A stretch of 64,000 nucleotides of DNA. It comes from Eledone cirrhosa. Its lineage: Eukaryota. A model generated the notes under the pieces. That model had not been told where the DNA came from, made no database searches, and was given only the letters and a program-made list of their open reading frames with translations. The DNA is taken from positions 3,844,001 to 3,908,000 of the forward strand of contig OZ024763.1 of NCBI GenBank assembly GCA_964016885.1, written 5' to 3'. Shown in pieces: positions 13,069-26,827 of the stretch; position 1 is the stretch's first letter; each line of letters begins with the position of its first letter. A program made the translations under genes and the position numbers.

Positions 13069-13602
13069 GAGTTATGTTTTATCAAAGCCCCAGATAATTA
13101 AAACCCAATGTTGACCCCTTTTGTAGTATGAATTAGACGGAGAATGCCATGAACGTCGCCACGTAACTTTTGCTTTGAAATAGAAAGTAGGTTTATAAAT
13201 ATTAATTGTCAGTATGTATTTGAAGTTGTCTCGGTAGCCTAGTGGTATCAGGGACGGTGGAGATCCTGGTCTGGAGTTCAATCTCGGGTAAGATCTACAC
13301 TGAACATTTTAATTTTTTGTCTCATAAGATAAAAAAAATATTAACAATTAGTAACATCCTCTAAATGTAGTTGTGGACCAAGCTTAAACCCCCGGCCAAG
13401 TTTCCCACCATCTCTTATACTTTCCACTACGCCACCAAGGCGCTTTTAAAAACAGACTACATATTATTATATATAAACCTACTTTCTGTTTCGAAGCGAA
13501 ATTGATGTGGTGGCCTTCATGGCTTTCCCGTCTCTGTTAGTCTCGCAACAAAGGGGTCGACCTTGTCTTTCATCCCACTGGAACTTTGATAAATTATAAC
13601 TT
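13069..13602. repeat. Degenerate ~530-bp palindrome sharing the AAAGTAGGTTTATAAATATTAATT core with the large palindrome (second copy 29195-29729)
   Basis: GAAATAGAAAGTAGGTTTATA pairs with TATAAACCTACTTTCTGTTTC; GACCCCTTT pairs with AAAGGGGTC; TTTATCAAAG pairs with CTTTGATAAA. Confidence 0.75.
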
Positions 13603-14589
13603 GCTTTTGTTATTCATAGCTCTAGGGTTTATTTGAACCTACATTGACTACCTGCAATAATCTCTACTAACTTCAAATCTGCCATACCTAAGTATTGTGT
13701 GGGAGAAAGATTTGAACTTGATGCGACGTTCTCGTAAGTTGATAAACCTGATTCCTATATAATATAATATACATATAATTATAATATGTATATAATTGTA
13801 ATGAAAAATAACTTATTAAATAAATTTTAATTATATTTAAAAACGATAACAAAAACAAATGAATGAAAGTAAGGAATTATTTTTATTTAGTAATTATATT
13901 TTTATTGTTTGTTTTACTGCATTAACTGCTGAATGTGTCTTTTATTTTTGTTTTTTCTTACCATTTACCATGGCTGCAACGAAACTGGATTATTATCAAG
14001 GATTACTAGATGATGGCATTTCTTTATTGTACTATTTTTCAAAACAATGGACATCGAGACATTTGTCAAAATACCTAGGATAAAGGTAACGTCTGTCTGT
14101 ATGCAACATTTCATTTTTAAATTCTTGTGTTCTTATGGGTTAAATTTAAGCCGCCCAGAACAGCAATGCCAGAACCAATAATCAAGGCAGGGAGTCAGTA
14201 TCGAAAGTAACCATATTCAGGAGGTACGAATAATCTAAAAAGAATTTTTTTTAATAAGTTAAACAATGTTCTTTAAAAAAAAAAAAAAAAACGATTAAAG
14301 TTTCATTATTGCTGAAAAGACCTCCATAGCATCAAATCTACAACACTCACACACAAAAAGATTTAAATCAAACACTCTAATGTAAAGACAATCATAGCCA
14401 CAATTTAATGTCTGACAACATTTCACGATATAAATAAAGCCACATAAGTAGAGTTTAATGATTCACAATTAATTTGCTCATATCTATTTTAATCATACAT
14501 ATGCTGCAGATATATATTTTCAATGGTTTACGTTTACATTATGATTTTGTTGAAAGTTTCTGATGTATTTAGTGTCTTAGAGTTACGTC

Positions 14590-14780
14590 CCTTAATGTCT
14601 TCGCGGCGTGGAGTTATGTCCTTTTAAATTCTGAGTTCAAATCCCGCCGAGGTTAGCTTTGCTTTTCATCTTTAAGCTATCCATAAAATAAAGTACCAGT
14701 AACGCACTGGGGTCGATTTAATCGACTTCCCTTCCCCCCAAAATTGCTGGCCTTGTGTCTATTGTAGAAATCAATATTTC
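14590..14780 (+). mobile_element. tRNA-derived SINE remnant (copy at ~30710-30905)
   Basis: GAGTTCAAATCCCGCC B-box followed by ATAAAGTACCAGT..ACTGGGGTCGAT; the same family is inserted in reverse in the Helitron remnant. Confidence 0.6.
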
Positions 14781-16383
14781 TTATAAGCAGCCAAATAGAT
14801 TTCAACTTTCTTTTGGAATAATGTATTAACATTTACAAGTTTATTCAGAATTCGTAGTTATAGAAATGACATTGTTTCGTGTAGAAAATCTATGATATTA
14901 TCCCGATTAATATTATACGCTGTCAATATGAAATAGGAAGGCATGGTGAATAAATGTCCGACTTTATATTTAGCCTACTACAAACACACATCGAAAGTGT
15001 TCAGTAAATAAAAGCACTATCGAACGGAACTGTATACAATTGTAAGCTGTATCATAGCAAAATTATCTCTGTAAAATATCATTAAAAAATTATGAGGAAA
15101 TAGTTTAATAGAGCGTAGACTAAACCATAGGTATATCCAAGACAGTTGAAGTGTTGCGAGATTCACTTTGCTTTTTCCTTTGAAACTACATATTGTATGT
15201 TCAAATATTCGAAGTTGAAATCAACGTTAGTTCAATGAGATATGAACTTGTGTAGGTAACATGGAACCCATATGTAACCGCTCGACTTGCTCACAAGGAC
15301 GACCCAATAGAACACACAGATGTGTATGAGTTATGTATAACTATACTAGATATAGACGTCAACAGGGAGACTGTACATGGCCAATTGTAAGTTCGAATCA
15401 ACTATAAACCGATGAGGAATATTGAAATACTTTAAATAAAACACAAATGTGTGTGTGTGTTAAGTATCTCTCTCTCTCTTTCACACTTCTTAATGTGACG
15501 AGTTGATCTTTTTATATGGTCGTATAGTTTGAGTACTCTTGACTTACACACACACATATATATATATTTATATATATACACATAGGAGAAAGTATGACCC
15601 CCGATGGCAGAGCTCAAGCCGTTTCGACGGCTATTTCTGCCGTCGGGGGTCATACTTTCTCCTATTACCGACTCTGTTACCCTAAGTATTGAGTACTCTG
15701 GTGCGATATGGTCCATCTGGTTCCTTACCACAACTCGTTCGTTATATATATATATATGAATGACGCATGGCAAATTTAATTTACGATACATTAGTGCAGT
15801 ACTGCCAATCCCGTTGTTGTGGCATCGAATAAACACTAAACTGTTAAGAAGAAAGTTTGAAAAGGTGTCTTAATATATTAAAAAGCATATTCGTGTGTGT
15901 GTCTGTGTGTTATGTGTAACTATACTAGATATAAACACTAAATTCCCCTCTTTAAACTATCTCTCATACACACGTTTTCACGCATTCCTATGTATATAGG
16001 TATTGTAGTTATGAAGTAACTACATACTGTATGATCAAATATATTCGAAGTACTGTCAATCACGTTGTGGTTTCCACTAAACATTAAACTCTTAACAAAA
16101 AAGTCTGAAAATGTCTTAATATAATCAAAGGCATACTTGTGTGTGTGTCTGTGTGTAATGCATAACTATACTAGATATAAACACGGATCTCCCTTTCTCA
16201 CACAAACACATCCTTTGTATAGGAATGGCGTAATGACAGGAGTTGTATTTATGAAGCATCTGTAACTACATATTGTATGTTCAAATATTCGAAGTTGAAA
16301 TCACCGTTAGTTCAATGAGATATGAACTTGTGTAGGTAACATGGAACCCATATGTAACCGGTCGACTTGCTCACAAGAACGAC

Positions 16384-16832
16384 CAAATAAAACACATAAA
16401 TGTGTGTGTGTGTTATGTATTTATATACTAGATATCCACGTCAACAGGAAGACCGTAGATGGCAATGGAAAGTTCGAATCAACTATAAACCGATGAGGAG
16501 TTTTGAAAAACTTTAAATAAAACACATAAATGTGTGTCTGTGTGTTATATATAAATATATTAGATATAGACGTCAACAGGAAGACTGTAGATGGCAAATT
16601 GTAGGTTCGAATCAACTATAAGCCAATGAGGAGTTTTGAAAAACTTTAAATAAAACACATAAATGTGTGTGTGTGTGTGTATGTTATATATAACTATACT
16701 AGATATAGACGTCAACAGGAAGACTGTAGATGGCGAATTGTAAGTTCGAATCAACTATAAACGGATGAGGAGTTTTGAAAAACTTTAAATAAAACACATA
16801 AATGTGTGTGTGTATGTGTGTTATGTATATAA
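16384..16832. repeat. ~135-bp VNTR, 3 copies
   Basis: Unit starts at ~16428, 16561, 16700. Confidence 0.88.
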
Positions 16833-16885
16833 GATATGGGAAGACCCCTACGTTGTCGGTCGACTTGCTCGAAATAGTAGCCAAA

Positions 16886-17851
16886 GACTGCTATTTCTAG
16901 CAGGTTTACTGCTGTCCTGTAGACGCACAAGAAAAACCGGAAGTGGCAGCCATTAAAAAACTTTGGCTTAAAATCAGGCAAAAGTTTTTAAACAATAGAA
17001 AATTTAATGTAAACAAACCAGGGTGTTTTTGCCAAGAAAGATAACTCTTGTCTTACTTAATGGCAAAAATCGAGACAAAAATCTTGTGTGTGTGTCTGTG
17101 TGTTATGTTTACAATTTTTAGACGCCATTTTGAAACCCGCACGTGGTTTGTCGACTTACTCGAAATAGTAGTCAAAGAGAGGAGATTTTTTTCACCCGAT
17201 ACAAAAAGTAGGTTTATAAATATTAATTTTCACTATTTTTTTAATGCGGTCTCGTTGGCCGAGTGGTACGGTGCGTTGAGTCTGCTGAGATACTGGTCGG
17301 GGTTTCGATTCCGGCCAACGTCTACACATAGGGGGTCTTATTAAACTTTTTCAGTTTTTATTTTATCTCTTAGTATAAAAACTGAAAAAGTTTAATAAGA
17401 CCCCCTATGTGTAGACGTTGGCCGGAATCGAAACCCCGACCAGTATCTCAGCAGACTCAACGCACCGTACCACTCGGCCAACAAGACCGCCTTAAAAAAA
17501 TAGTGAAAATTAATATTTATAAACCTACTTTTTGTATCGGGTGAAAAAAAATCTCCTCTCTTTAACTACTATTTCGAGTAAGTCGACCGACCACGTACGG
17601 GTTTCAAAATGGCGTCTAAAAATTGTAAACATAACACACAGACACACACACAAAATTTTTGTCTTGATTTTTGCCATTAAGTAAGACAAGAGTTATCTTT
17701 CTTGGCAAAAACACCCTGGTTTGTTTACATTAAATTTTCTATTGTTTAAAAACTTTTGCCTGATTTTAAGCCAAAGTTTTTTAATGGCTGCTTCTTCCGG
17801 TTTTTCTTGTGCTTCTACAGGACAACAGTAAACCTGCTAGAAATAGCAGTC
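16886..17851. repeat. Long palindrome, unit B copy, spacer 17362-17374
   Basis: Same arms as 414-1380, spacer in the opposite orientation. Confidence 0.95.
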
Positions 17852-18305
17852 ATAGCAACTCACTCACATATATTTATTTATGAGGGATTCTCAACCGGGG
17901 GTGCACACCCCACGGGGAACAATTTGAATATAATAGGGGTCAATTTGAAAGTGATATTATACGACCTAACCTCCTGTTACACTTCGTCTAGACATGCTAT
18001 CGTGTATCTGGCAGCATCTACGAGAAGTTTGTTTACATCTTGCGGTTTGCTTTGATCATAGCTGCATCGCAGCTTTGTTTAAATAAAGGGTTTCTACTTT
18101 ATATTACAGTAATAACACTTTCACAAGACTCGGATTGTTTTTATATTAAAGGGGGACATAAACATATTTTAAATGTTGAGGTGGGGCATGGTGCAGAGAA
18201 GGTTTTGAACCACTGATATATATTTATTTATGCCCTTCTTTCTGTTGTTTTTTAAACTCTGAACTCAGCATTTTTCTATTGTTCTCCGGGATTCTAGCAT
18301 GTATG

Positions 18306-18346
<41 letters not shown>

Positions 18347-20415
18347 CATGGCAGTCAACCTCACTTGGCACAGACTCGAAAAAGCCGCCGCTAATCGTAA
18401 TCGTTGGGGTTATAATTAGACTAAAGTGCTTCCACTGGGCACCATTAGCTGGTTGTGATCATTGGAGAATTCTTTCTGCACTGAAAGAGCCTACGACTAA
18501 AAGATATATATATATAAATGTCGAAACGGTACTAGCACAGCCGTTGGGGTCCTGAATATTTTCACATATATATATGTGTGTGTATTCTGCGACATTTATA
18601 ATTACATAAGTAAAGATATTTGAATACTTTAATTTTTACCGATAACATTAAGAAAGGCATGAACAACACCACATGTTAATTACTTTAATATTGAAAGTAG
18701 GCTTATAAATATTAAATTCAGCAGATTTTTGTAGCCTTCATGATGGTCTGGTGGGAGATACCAGAGATGGTGGAGGTCCTGGTTTGGGGCTCAATTCTGG
18801 TCATGGGTTACATATAGGGTTTCATGCTTTTTTTTTTCTTCTCAGCTCTAGATATAAATATATATATAAGGTAATTTGGTAGAATTGTAAGAACATCAGA
18901 TAGATTTCTTTGCAGTATTTTTTCCAGTTCCTTACCTTTCTACCATTCGGGGTCGATAAGTCTTGAATATGTCTAACGTAGCAATAACTGGAGCTACTTA
19001 ACCAAGTTTTCCCAACCTAGTCGATATCACCTACTGGTTGGCGATTTAAACTGTTGGCTGGGACAATCACCAACTAGTCAGTAAGATTCGAACTCACTAT
19101 GTTTGGCGATATATAGTCATAATTTGTTTCAAACTTCGATCGCGGTTTCAAAACAAGCTTGCTTTCATATATGTGTGCATGTATGTTCTGCGGCATTTAT
19201 ATTTACAATCATATAAATAGGTATCTATTTATTTAAATTAAAATACTTTATATTTGAATGAAGTTCTGTAAGTAACCTGGTGGCTTAGTTGGCAAGACTG
19301 CTCAAATATGTGGCTTCTATTATGAAGTTATAAGTTCATTCCCTACCCAGGATTGTAGAATTAATTTTATTTAGTTATTATTTAATCAATTATTTTAACA
19401 AACAAATTATATCTATAAAACGCCAAATATAGTGAGTTCAAACCTGACTGATATGCATGGTATATGTTTATCTTTCATTATACAGCAACACAATACACAG
19501 GAACTTATAAAGTTATATATATATTGTCCAGGAGTTTCGAGTTTAGTGGGAATTGGTACAACTCTCAATTGGAGCTAGTCTCTGCAAGATAACACCCGAT
19601 AGTTTATACATGATTATTTAAAGGTGAACAAAAACCAAAGAACATTGAGCAGCGTTTTTCAACCTTTTTACCCATGTCGATCCCTTGAAATAGTTTTTAT
19701 GTCTTGGTTCCCAAATCGTGTGCTGCAAGATGAAACAAGATGAGCTGCAAAAGACTACGATTAAGTTTTAAGATGTGAAAAATATAAAACTGAAATTTCA
19801 TATAAAAGTTCAAATATCGTTACAGCCACAAACCTAGACTCCACACCCCGCAATGCAGAGGCGAGTAAGATAGTACCGAGGCCTGACTCACCTCTTCCAC
19901 TCCATTGAGACTTCTGCCATACTTGGTCTCCATACTGCTGATTTCCTCCATAAAGTTGGGAGGAAAGACGGCAGGAGCCTCGTGAGGAGGGGCGACTATT
20001 GTAGCAGGTGTCTCTGGCCTTGCTCCGAGGTAACGCTTTTACGTTTCTTCCACGGGTTGCGTCTGAGGGACCACTTAGACTGGGGTGAAGTGTCTGTCCC
20101 TCCCCCGACTTCTTACTTCTTTTTTTTTCTCCTTTTCATTTTCTTCTCTCTTCTTGCTTATCTCTGCTATACCACGGCATCAAAAACATATATGGTATAT
20201 GTATGTATGGTATAGGTGTATTTATATTTAGGATAGTTATCGAAGGTAAATAGACTGGTTGGAGCAATAACAGTCTTGTTTATGTATATACATATATATA
20301 TATATATATATGTTTGTGCTTGTATTTCCGTAGAAAAGGTAAAGAAAAGAAGAGTGCTCTATGTATTGTACAGAGCTATTTAATTACATAATAAACAACA
20401 GAATATAATTATTCC

Positions 20416-22202
20416 ATGCAAATAGACTTAGAATGGAAAACATTGAGACAGAGAAGAATGGATAATGAGCGTCGTAGGAGAAATTGCCCAGCAATTAATA
20501 TTTATGGAAATGTAGAAGAATTTCATATTAGTGATATGAATGTTTCGTGTGATCACTGTGGAGCTTTGAGATTTAGAAATGAAAATTGTAACTGTTGTAA
20601 TAAAGGAAAGGTTGTGTTGCCTCCATTGCAAATATACCCTGAGAGACTGAGAAATCTCTTTGAAAGGGGCCAGGAAGCAGTTGATTTCACAGAAACATCT
20701 GCAATTAAAACTACATTTCTTTCACTTCATTTGGTGTTAAACTTGCCTTACCACCTGGCAGAGGCCCGTATAGCTTTCATATTCAGGGTCAAACATATCA
20801 CTACACCCCACCTCTGTAACCTGCAGAAAATACACTACAATATGGCCAGTTATATATTATTGATGGGAATGAAGCTGTGTAACACAGATTGGAAGAAGCA
20901 CCAAATAATTGTTTCTGGCACAAGGCCAGCAATTACCCCAGTGTATTACTGGTACTTTATTCTATCGACCTCATAAGGATGAAAACTAAGTCAACCTTGG
21001 AGGGATTTGAACCCAGAACGTAAAGGGCCATAACCCTATGCTGCAAAGCATGGTGTCTGACACTCTACCGATACTGCCAATCCACCGCCCTAGTCCCAAC
21101 AAATAATGAGTGCTCACCACAAAAAATGACTATGATAAGAGAGGTGTTGCATGAATGTATTCCATATGTCGAAGTGTACAATACAATGCATGGCATCAAA
21201 CAGCAAAGAGCAAGAAGAGAAAATTGTTGTGTACGGAACTGTGAATTAAGATTTAGAAGAGGATCAGATATGAACTGCTATAATTTACCTAATGATAGGT
21301 GTTGTTTTGTGGGGATTGAGGGCACACCACCTATACAAAGAGATATTATCATCTTTCCTAAAGACATCCTCCTCAGAAAATACCACATAATTCAAGCCAC
21401 TTGGACCTCATGACCGACTCATAATGGTGAATTTTGGTGGCATAGTGACATGGAGAGGAATGCAGGACCTGTGTTTGCAATAGACTGACAATGCAGGAGT
21501 ATTACATATACTGTATAGATTATAGAGGAGGATTTAGTGCGATATATAGGGCAGGCAAGTTATTTTAGCAGTATTTAGTGGATGCCTATATGAAAGTAGA
21601 GGGATGCAGGCTTCAATATTTGAGGAACAATCAAGCCCAATTGTGAGTGGATGAGTATAATGGTTTAATGAATTATCTAAACAGATGATAACACTGAGCC
21701 TTAAGAAATGAAGACAAGATAAGAAACAGAGAAGACATTGACAGAATCGTGTCAGCAGAAATACCTGCATTGGAAGATGATCCAGTACTACATGAGCAGG
21801 TTTAAAAGTTTATGATCCATGGGCCATGTGGTTCTGGAAACCCTTTTTCCCCATTTATACAAAATGGATTTTTCCAAAAGAACTATCCAAAAACCTACAG
21901 AAGGAAAACATTATTGAACCTAAATGGATACCCAGAGTACATGAGGTGCAAGACAGGAACTGCAGTGTAAATTGGATGACATTCAGTAGATAACAGGAAT
22001 GTTGTGCCATTTAATGCCTTTTTGCTTAAGAAATATTGTGCACATATTACTGTTGAAGTTTGCCCTTCTGTAAAAAGTGTCAAATACCTCTTTTAATATG
22101 TTACATAGGGCATGATTGTACATCTATAGAAGTAACGAATTATGCATTACCTAATGAGGCTCAGAACCAACACAACCATGATGAAATAAGAACCTACCTT
22201 TG
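20416..22202 (+). mobile_element. Decayed Helitron Rep fragment (unit B copy)
   Basis: Near-identical to 3993-5780. Confidence 0.88.
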
Positions 22203-23387
22203 TGGAGTTTGGCCCCCTCAGCCCGACGTGCAGCAGAACCTGGGTCAGTCGTAGACTACACCAGGTTGCGGCTGCAGAAGGTGTCGGTGCAAGTGGCATC
22301 CCACACGAGGGGTTTGCTGTATACTACCAGTAATATGTACAGTGTATATACACTATAATTAGTAAAAAATACACATTATTTTCCTGCAAAAATTTGATTG
22401 CAATGTTTTGTTTTCACTGATGTATTTTTCGAAAATGTTATTTATTCATTATTAAAATTAAATGATAGCATTCTATATGTGGGTAGGTCCCCTTTATCTC
22501 CTGGCAACCAATATTTTTAGACCCAGTCTGCCACTATATATATATATATGACGTATAGGCACCAAGGAAAAAAAGCACCCAACACTCACTGTAAATGAGG
22601 TTGGTGTTTGAAGGGCATCCAGCTGTAGAAATCAAGCCAGAATCAGTTCCCGTATGAGCAAGGCATGGTCAGCCGACCGGACACTGCCCACAACAGGACA
22701 ACCCATCTATCCCATGCTAGCGTGGAAGAACGGACTTAAAATGGTGATGATGATTTATATATATTGAGCTTGTTTATCAAGAAACACAAAATTCTAACAT
22801 ATTTGATGTTTTGAATCATTACATTTGTATATAACAGCTCCAAATCTCTTGTTGGGATGGGGTGACTATAATTTCCACACCTATCTCTAGTGGAAAGAAT
22901 GCAGGGAAAAGCAGACGTAAAATGATGATGATGACACCATGTGGTCTTCAACATGGTGGTTACGTTAGCAGTCTCTATGGATATTGGCAAGTATATTGTA
23001 TTTTGATTCTATATTTCTCTTAGAATTCTGAGACTATAACCTCTGATGATAATTCTGAGTCTCCTGTGGTTTAATTATAATTGATAGTTTGTCTTCGATG
23101 ATCGATTACATAGATTGATTTTCAACCACACTCTACAGAATATGAAATAGTGCTATAAGGTCTCTCTAATGACTCCACCGTAAGTACATATTCCTATCTG
23201 AAATATATACTTAGTATATATACAATATACTATGTTTCCTCTAAGGTATATGGCTCTTTCTCTCTATATATACATATATATTTTTCATTTGATTTATTAT
23301 GGCTCTGGATAATGATAATAATAATAATAAAAGATCAATCTGATTAGTTTCAATTTTTATTAAAGACTCATCAGCTGTCAAGGAAAA

Positions 23388-23419
<32 letters not shown>

Positions 23420-23749
23420 GGGCAGAGAGGAATGGTGCTTCCTTAATCAGCTTTTCATGGGAATGAGGCTGGGTATATAGCATTTACTCCTTCCCTATCA
23501 GACTCTCATGGACATTAGAGTAGTGAAGGGCATACTAACCCATACTGGGGTCACCAAGGCTTTTAGATATTTTAGGAGCCGTTTGGCATTTCAATCATTC
23601 TCCCCCCACCAAAAAAAAAAAAAAATAATCATAATGTTCTACATGTGAATGGAGTTTCACTGGAGCAGAAAGAGAAGTTCAAGTACCTCGGGGCTGTGTT
23701 CATGAGTGATGGAAGGAAGGAGGCTGAATTAAGTACAAGTATTGCACTT

Positions 23750-25945
23750 ATTAGAATATGTGTATGTCTATTGTTGTTATACAGTTATACAAGATTTTTG
23801 TGATCCACAAAATCTACAAAATCAAGGCAGATCCAGAAAGATTTACAAAAATTCCACAAAAATCCTACAAAAACCTCGCCAAATCCCACAACAATTCCAC
23901 AAATCTGAGAAATCTGTCAACTTACTTGAAATCCCCATTATCACCTTCTGGTTTTATGTCAGTTTCCTCACCTTCGAAAGCCTTGACTTTATATCTAAAA
24001 CTCCAGAAAACAAAACAAGAGACACAAAGAAACAAGAAAATATAATGAACAAGAGAAAACAAGATCTTCACCTCCTCTAATGATTTAGTCAGAAAATATC
24101 TATAAAGAGGTTTGTTAATTCGAATGTTTACAGCAGAGGTTCTCAAAATGGGCACTAAGTGGGGACATTGAGAAGGTCTGAGTGGACGCTGGGGGCCTAC
24201 AGTGGCGGTAGATATGATATAATAGTATATTAAATACCAAATGATACATATTATATATAAATATAGTAAAATATAAAATATATAATATCTATTTATACAT
24301 AGTATATATTATATTATAATATATAAATTAACGATTTCATTTATTATATATTATTTACAATTTGTGTGTAGGTAAGTCTCTCTGTAAATAGGGTTGGGGA
24401 CATGCTGAGTGTATTACATGACCGTGAGGGGGCGGGGTAGTGGCCCAAACAGTTTGACAACCTCTGGTTTACACTATCTTTACTAGTGGATAGATCATTG
24501 TGAATATTTGCAGTGATAGAATAAAGACTTTAATATTTAATGTCATGCTATCATAATACTGTTTTCTACTTTTCAAGAATGTCTTGCTAATGGGGTTTAT
24601 GTGGTTTGTTAATTCAAATGTTTATAGCATCTTTACTAGGGTACAGATCATTGCGAAAATTTGTTGTATAAAAGTAAAAACTTCAATATTTATTAATGTG
24701 ATACAGTAATAATGTTGTTTTATATGTTTAAGCAATATTTTGCTAATGTGGTTTCATATGGGACAGGACGTTAAGAGCCAATCTATCTCTATATTACTAA
24801 ACGTCTGTGATTGCTTGCTGTGATTGCAGTAGGTGATAAGAAAGCGGAAGTAACAGTAGTAACAGTGGCAAAAAGAAAGGGAGGCGACAGTGGAAAATAC
24901 AAAAATAGATAGAGTGAAGGAGAGAAAAAGAGACAAAATAAGTAGATAGATAAAAATGTCAAGTATTGTAGGAAGCTGATGATTCAGATGATGCTAAAGT
25001 TCCATTTTCTTGTTAGTTTACTCTCTCGGAGAGTAAATGATGTACGAATGTGACAAGTAGAGAGATGTTGTGCTTAAAAGTACCCATCTAACCCATGCAA
25101 GCGTGGAAAAACAGACACAAAAATGATGAGGACGATGATGATATATGTATATGTATGTATATATATATATATATGAGACCATACATATATACATATATAC
25201 ATATATACATATATAGATATACTCACCGTAAGATGACACACTTGGCCACAAATGTGTAGGCTAGAAGGGTTCCTATAGACATCATATTCACCAGTTCAGT
25301 GAGATCAAACATGAGAGCTGTCAAACCTACATTGATGGTGTTTTGGGTGAGGTAGAACAAAGAGAGAAAGTTTGATATTAAGTTGGGTCACAAGGTTACA
25401 GAGAAGGGGGCTGTATTAAAGTTGGGGTCACAATGTTACAGAGAAGAGGGGGGGGGCTGTATTAACATTGGGATCCCAAGGTTACAGAGTAGGGGGGGGG
25501 GGCTGTATTAAAGTTGGGGTCAGAATGTTACAGAGAAGGGCGGGGGACTGTATTAAGGTTAGAATCAGAGAGTATGGGGCGATATATCTATGCAGTGTAA
25601 ATGTGCGTGAAAGACCCAGCATAAATGTGTTGAGAGAGAAACTGTGTCTGAGAGGGATAGAATGTAGTGTATGGGAGAGGAGACTGAGGTGGTATGGACA
25701 TGTGATGCGCATGGAGGATGACTGATGGGTGAAGAAGTACCAGGAAATGCCAGTTGAAGGAAGACGTGGTAGAAGTAGACCATGAAAAACATGGGCGGTG
25801 GTGGTGAGAACAGACCTCAGATCATTGAAACTCACGGTGGAGATGACGAAGGACCGTGACGAGTGGAGAGATGCTGTGCTGAATAAGACCCGTCCCACCC
25901 TTGCAAGCAGGGTAAAGCGGACGTAAACTGATGATGATGATGATG

Positions 25946-26041
<96 letters not shown>

Positions 26042-26827
26042 TATTAGTTTAACTTAGAGCCACAAGATCACAGAGGAAGGTTGTAGTGGTGTAAAGAGGC
26101 AGGCAGACAGGCAGCCAACTACACTGACAGACAGACAGATAGCTAATCAGATAGACTGATAGACAAACAGATGGACATCTAAGCAGACAAACAAATAGTC
26201 GGACAGACAGACAGACAGATATGCCCCTAAAGGAACAAAAGAAATGGAATGACCTGAAAACAATCCAGCTACCAATGTTGCTAAAACAGGGGTCTTGAAT
26301 CTTTCGGACACACTTGAGAGTTGACCAAAAATGATTCGGTCCTCTGCCATGGCATATACCACCCTGGGTAGGGGAAATATTGAACCAACCATGCTGAAAT
26401 ATAGTGGGGTGGATATATAGAGTAATACAACGGTTGACATACTATATATCCCTTGTATAATGTATTAAATGAATCGATATATAGTATATATATATATATA
26501 TATAGAGAGATATATTTATTTTTTTATGTGGTCTACCCCTGGTGGTAGGGTCCGTACCGTAGATAGAACTCAATGTAATCTGATGGCGAGTAATCCAGTG
26601 AAATCCATAGAAAGGTTCCGTGTTCCACCGAGTTAATTCCTTAGATACAGAGTCAGATATTAGGTATTAATTTAACAATGAAAATAAGGAGATGGTCTGA
26701 TCGAACCTATATATGAAGTCTGATAGTATACAGTAATATAACTGCTATAGATCAGACAATATGTCAATATGATCAACCCTCTGAAATGATTGTAAAACAA
26801 TGATAAATAGGTAAAATAACCTGACTT
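23750..26827 (-). pseudogene. Duplicated CAT gene fragment with exon copies 26254-26393, 25227-25326, 23926-23994
   Basis: Second copy of 46730-50060, with the same 3-nt deletion and substitutions as 7308-10679. Confidence 0.9.
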
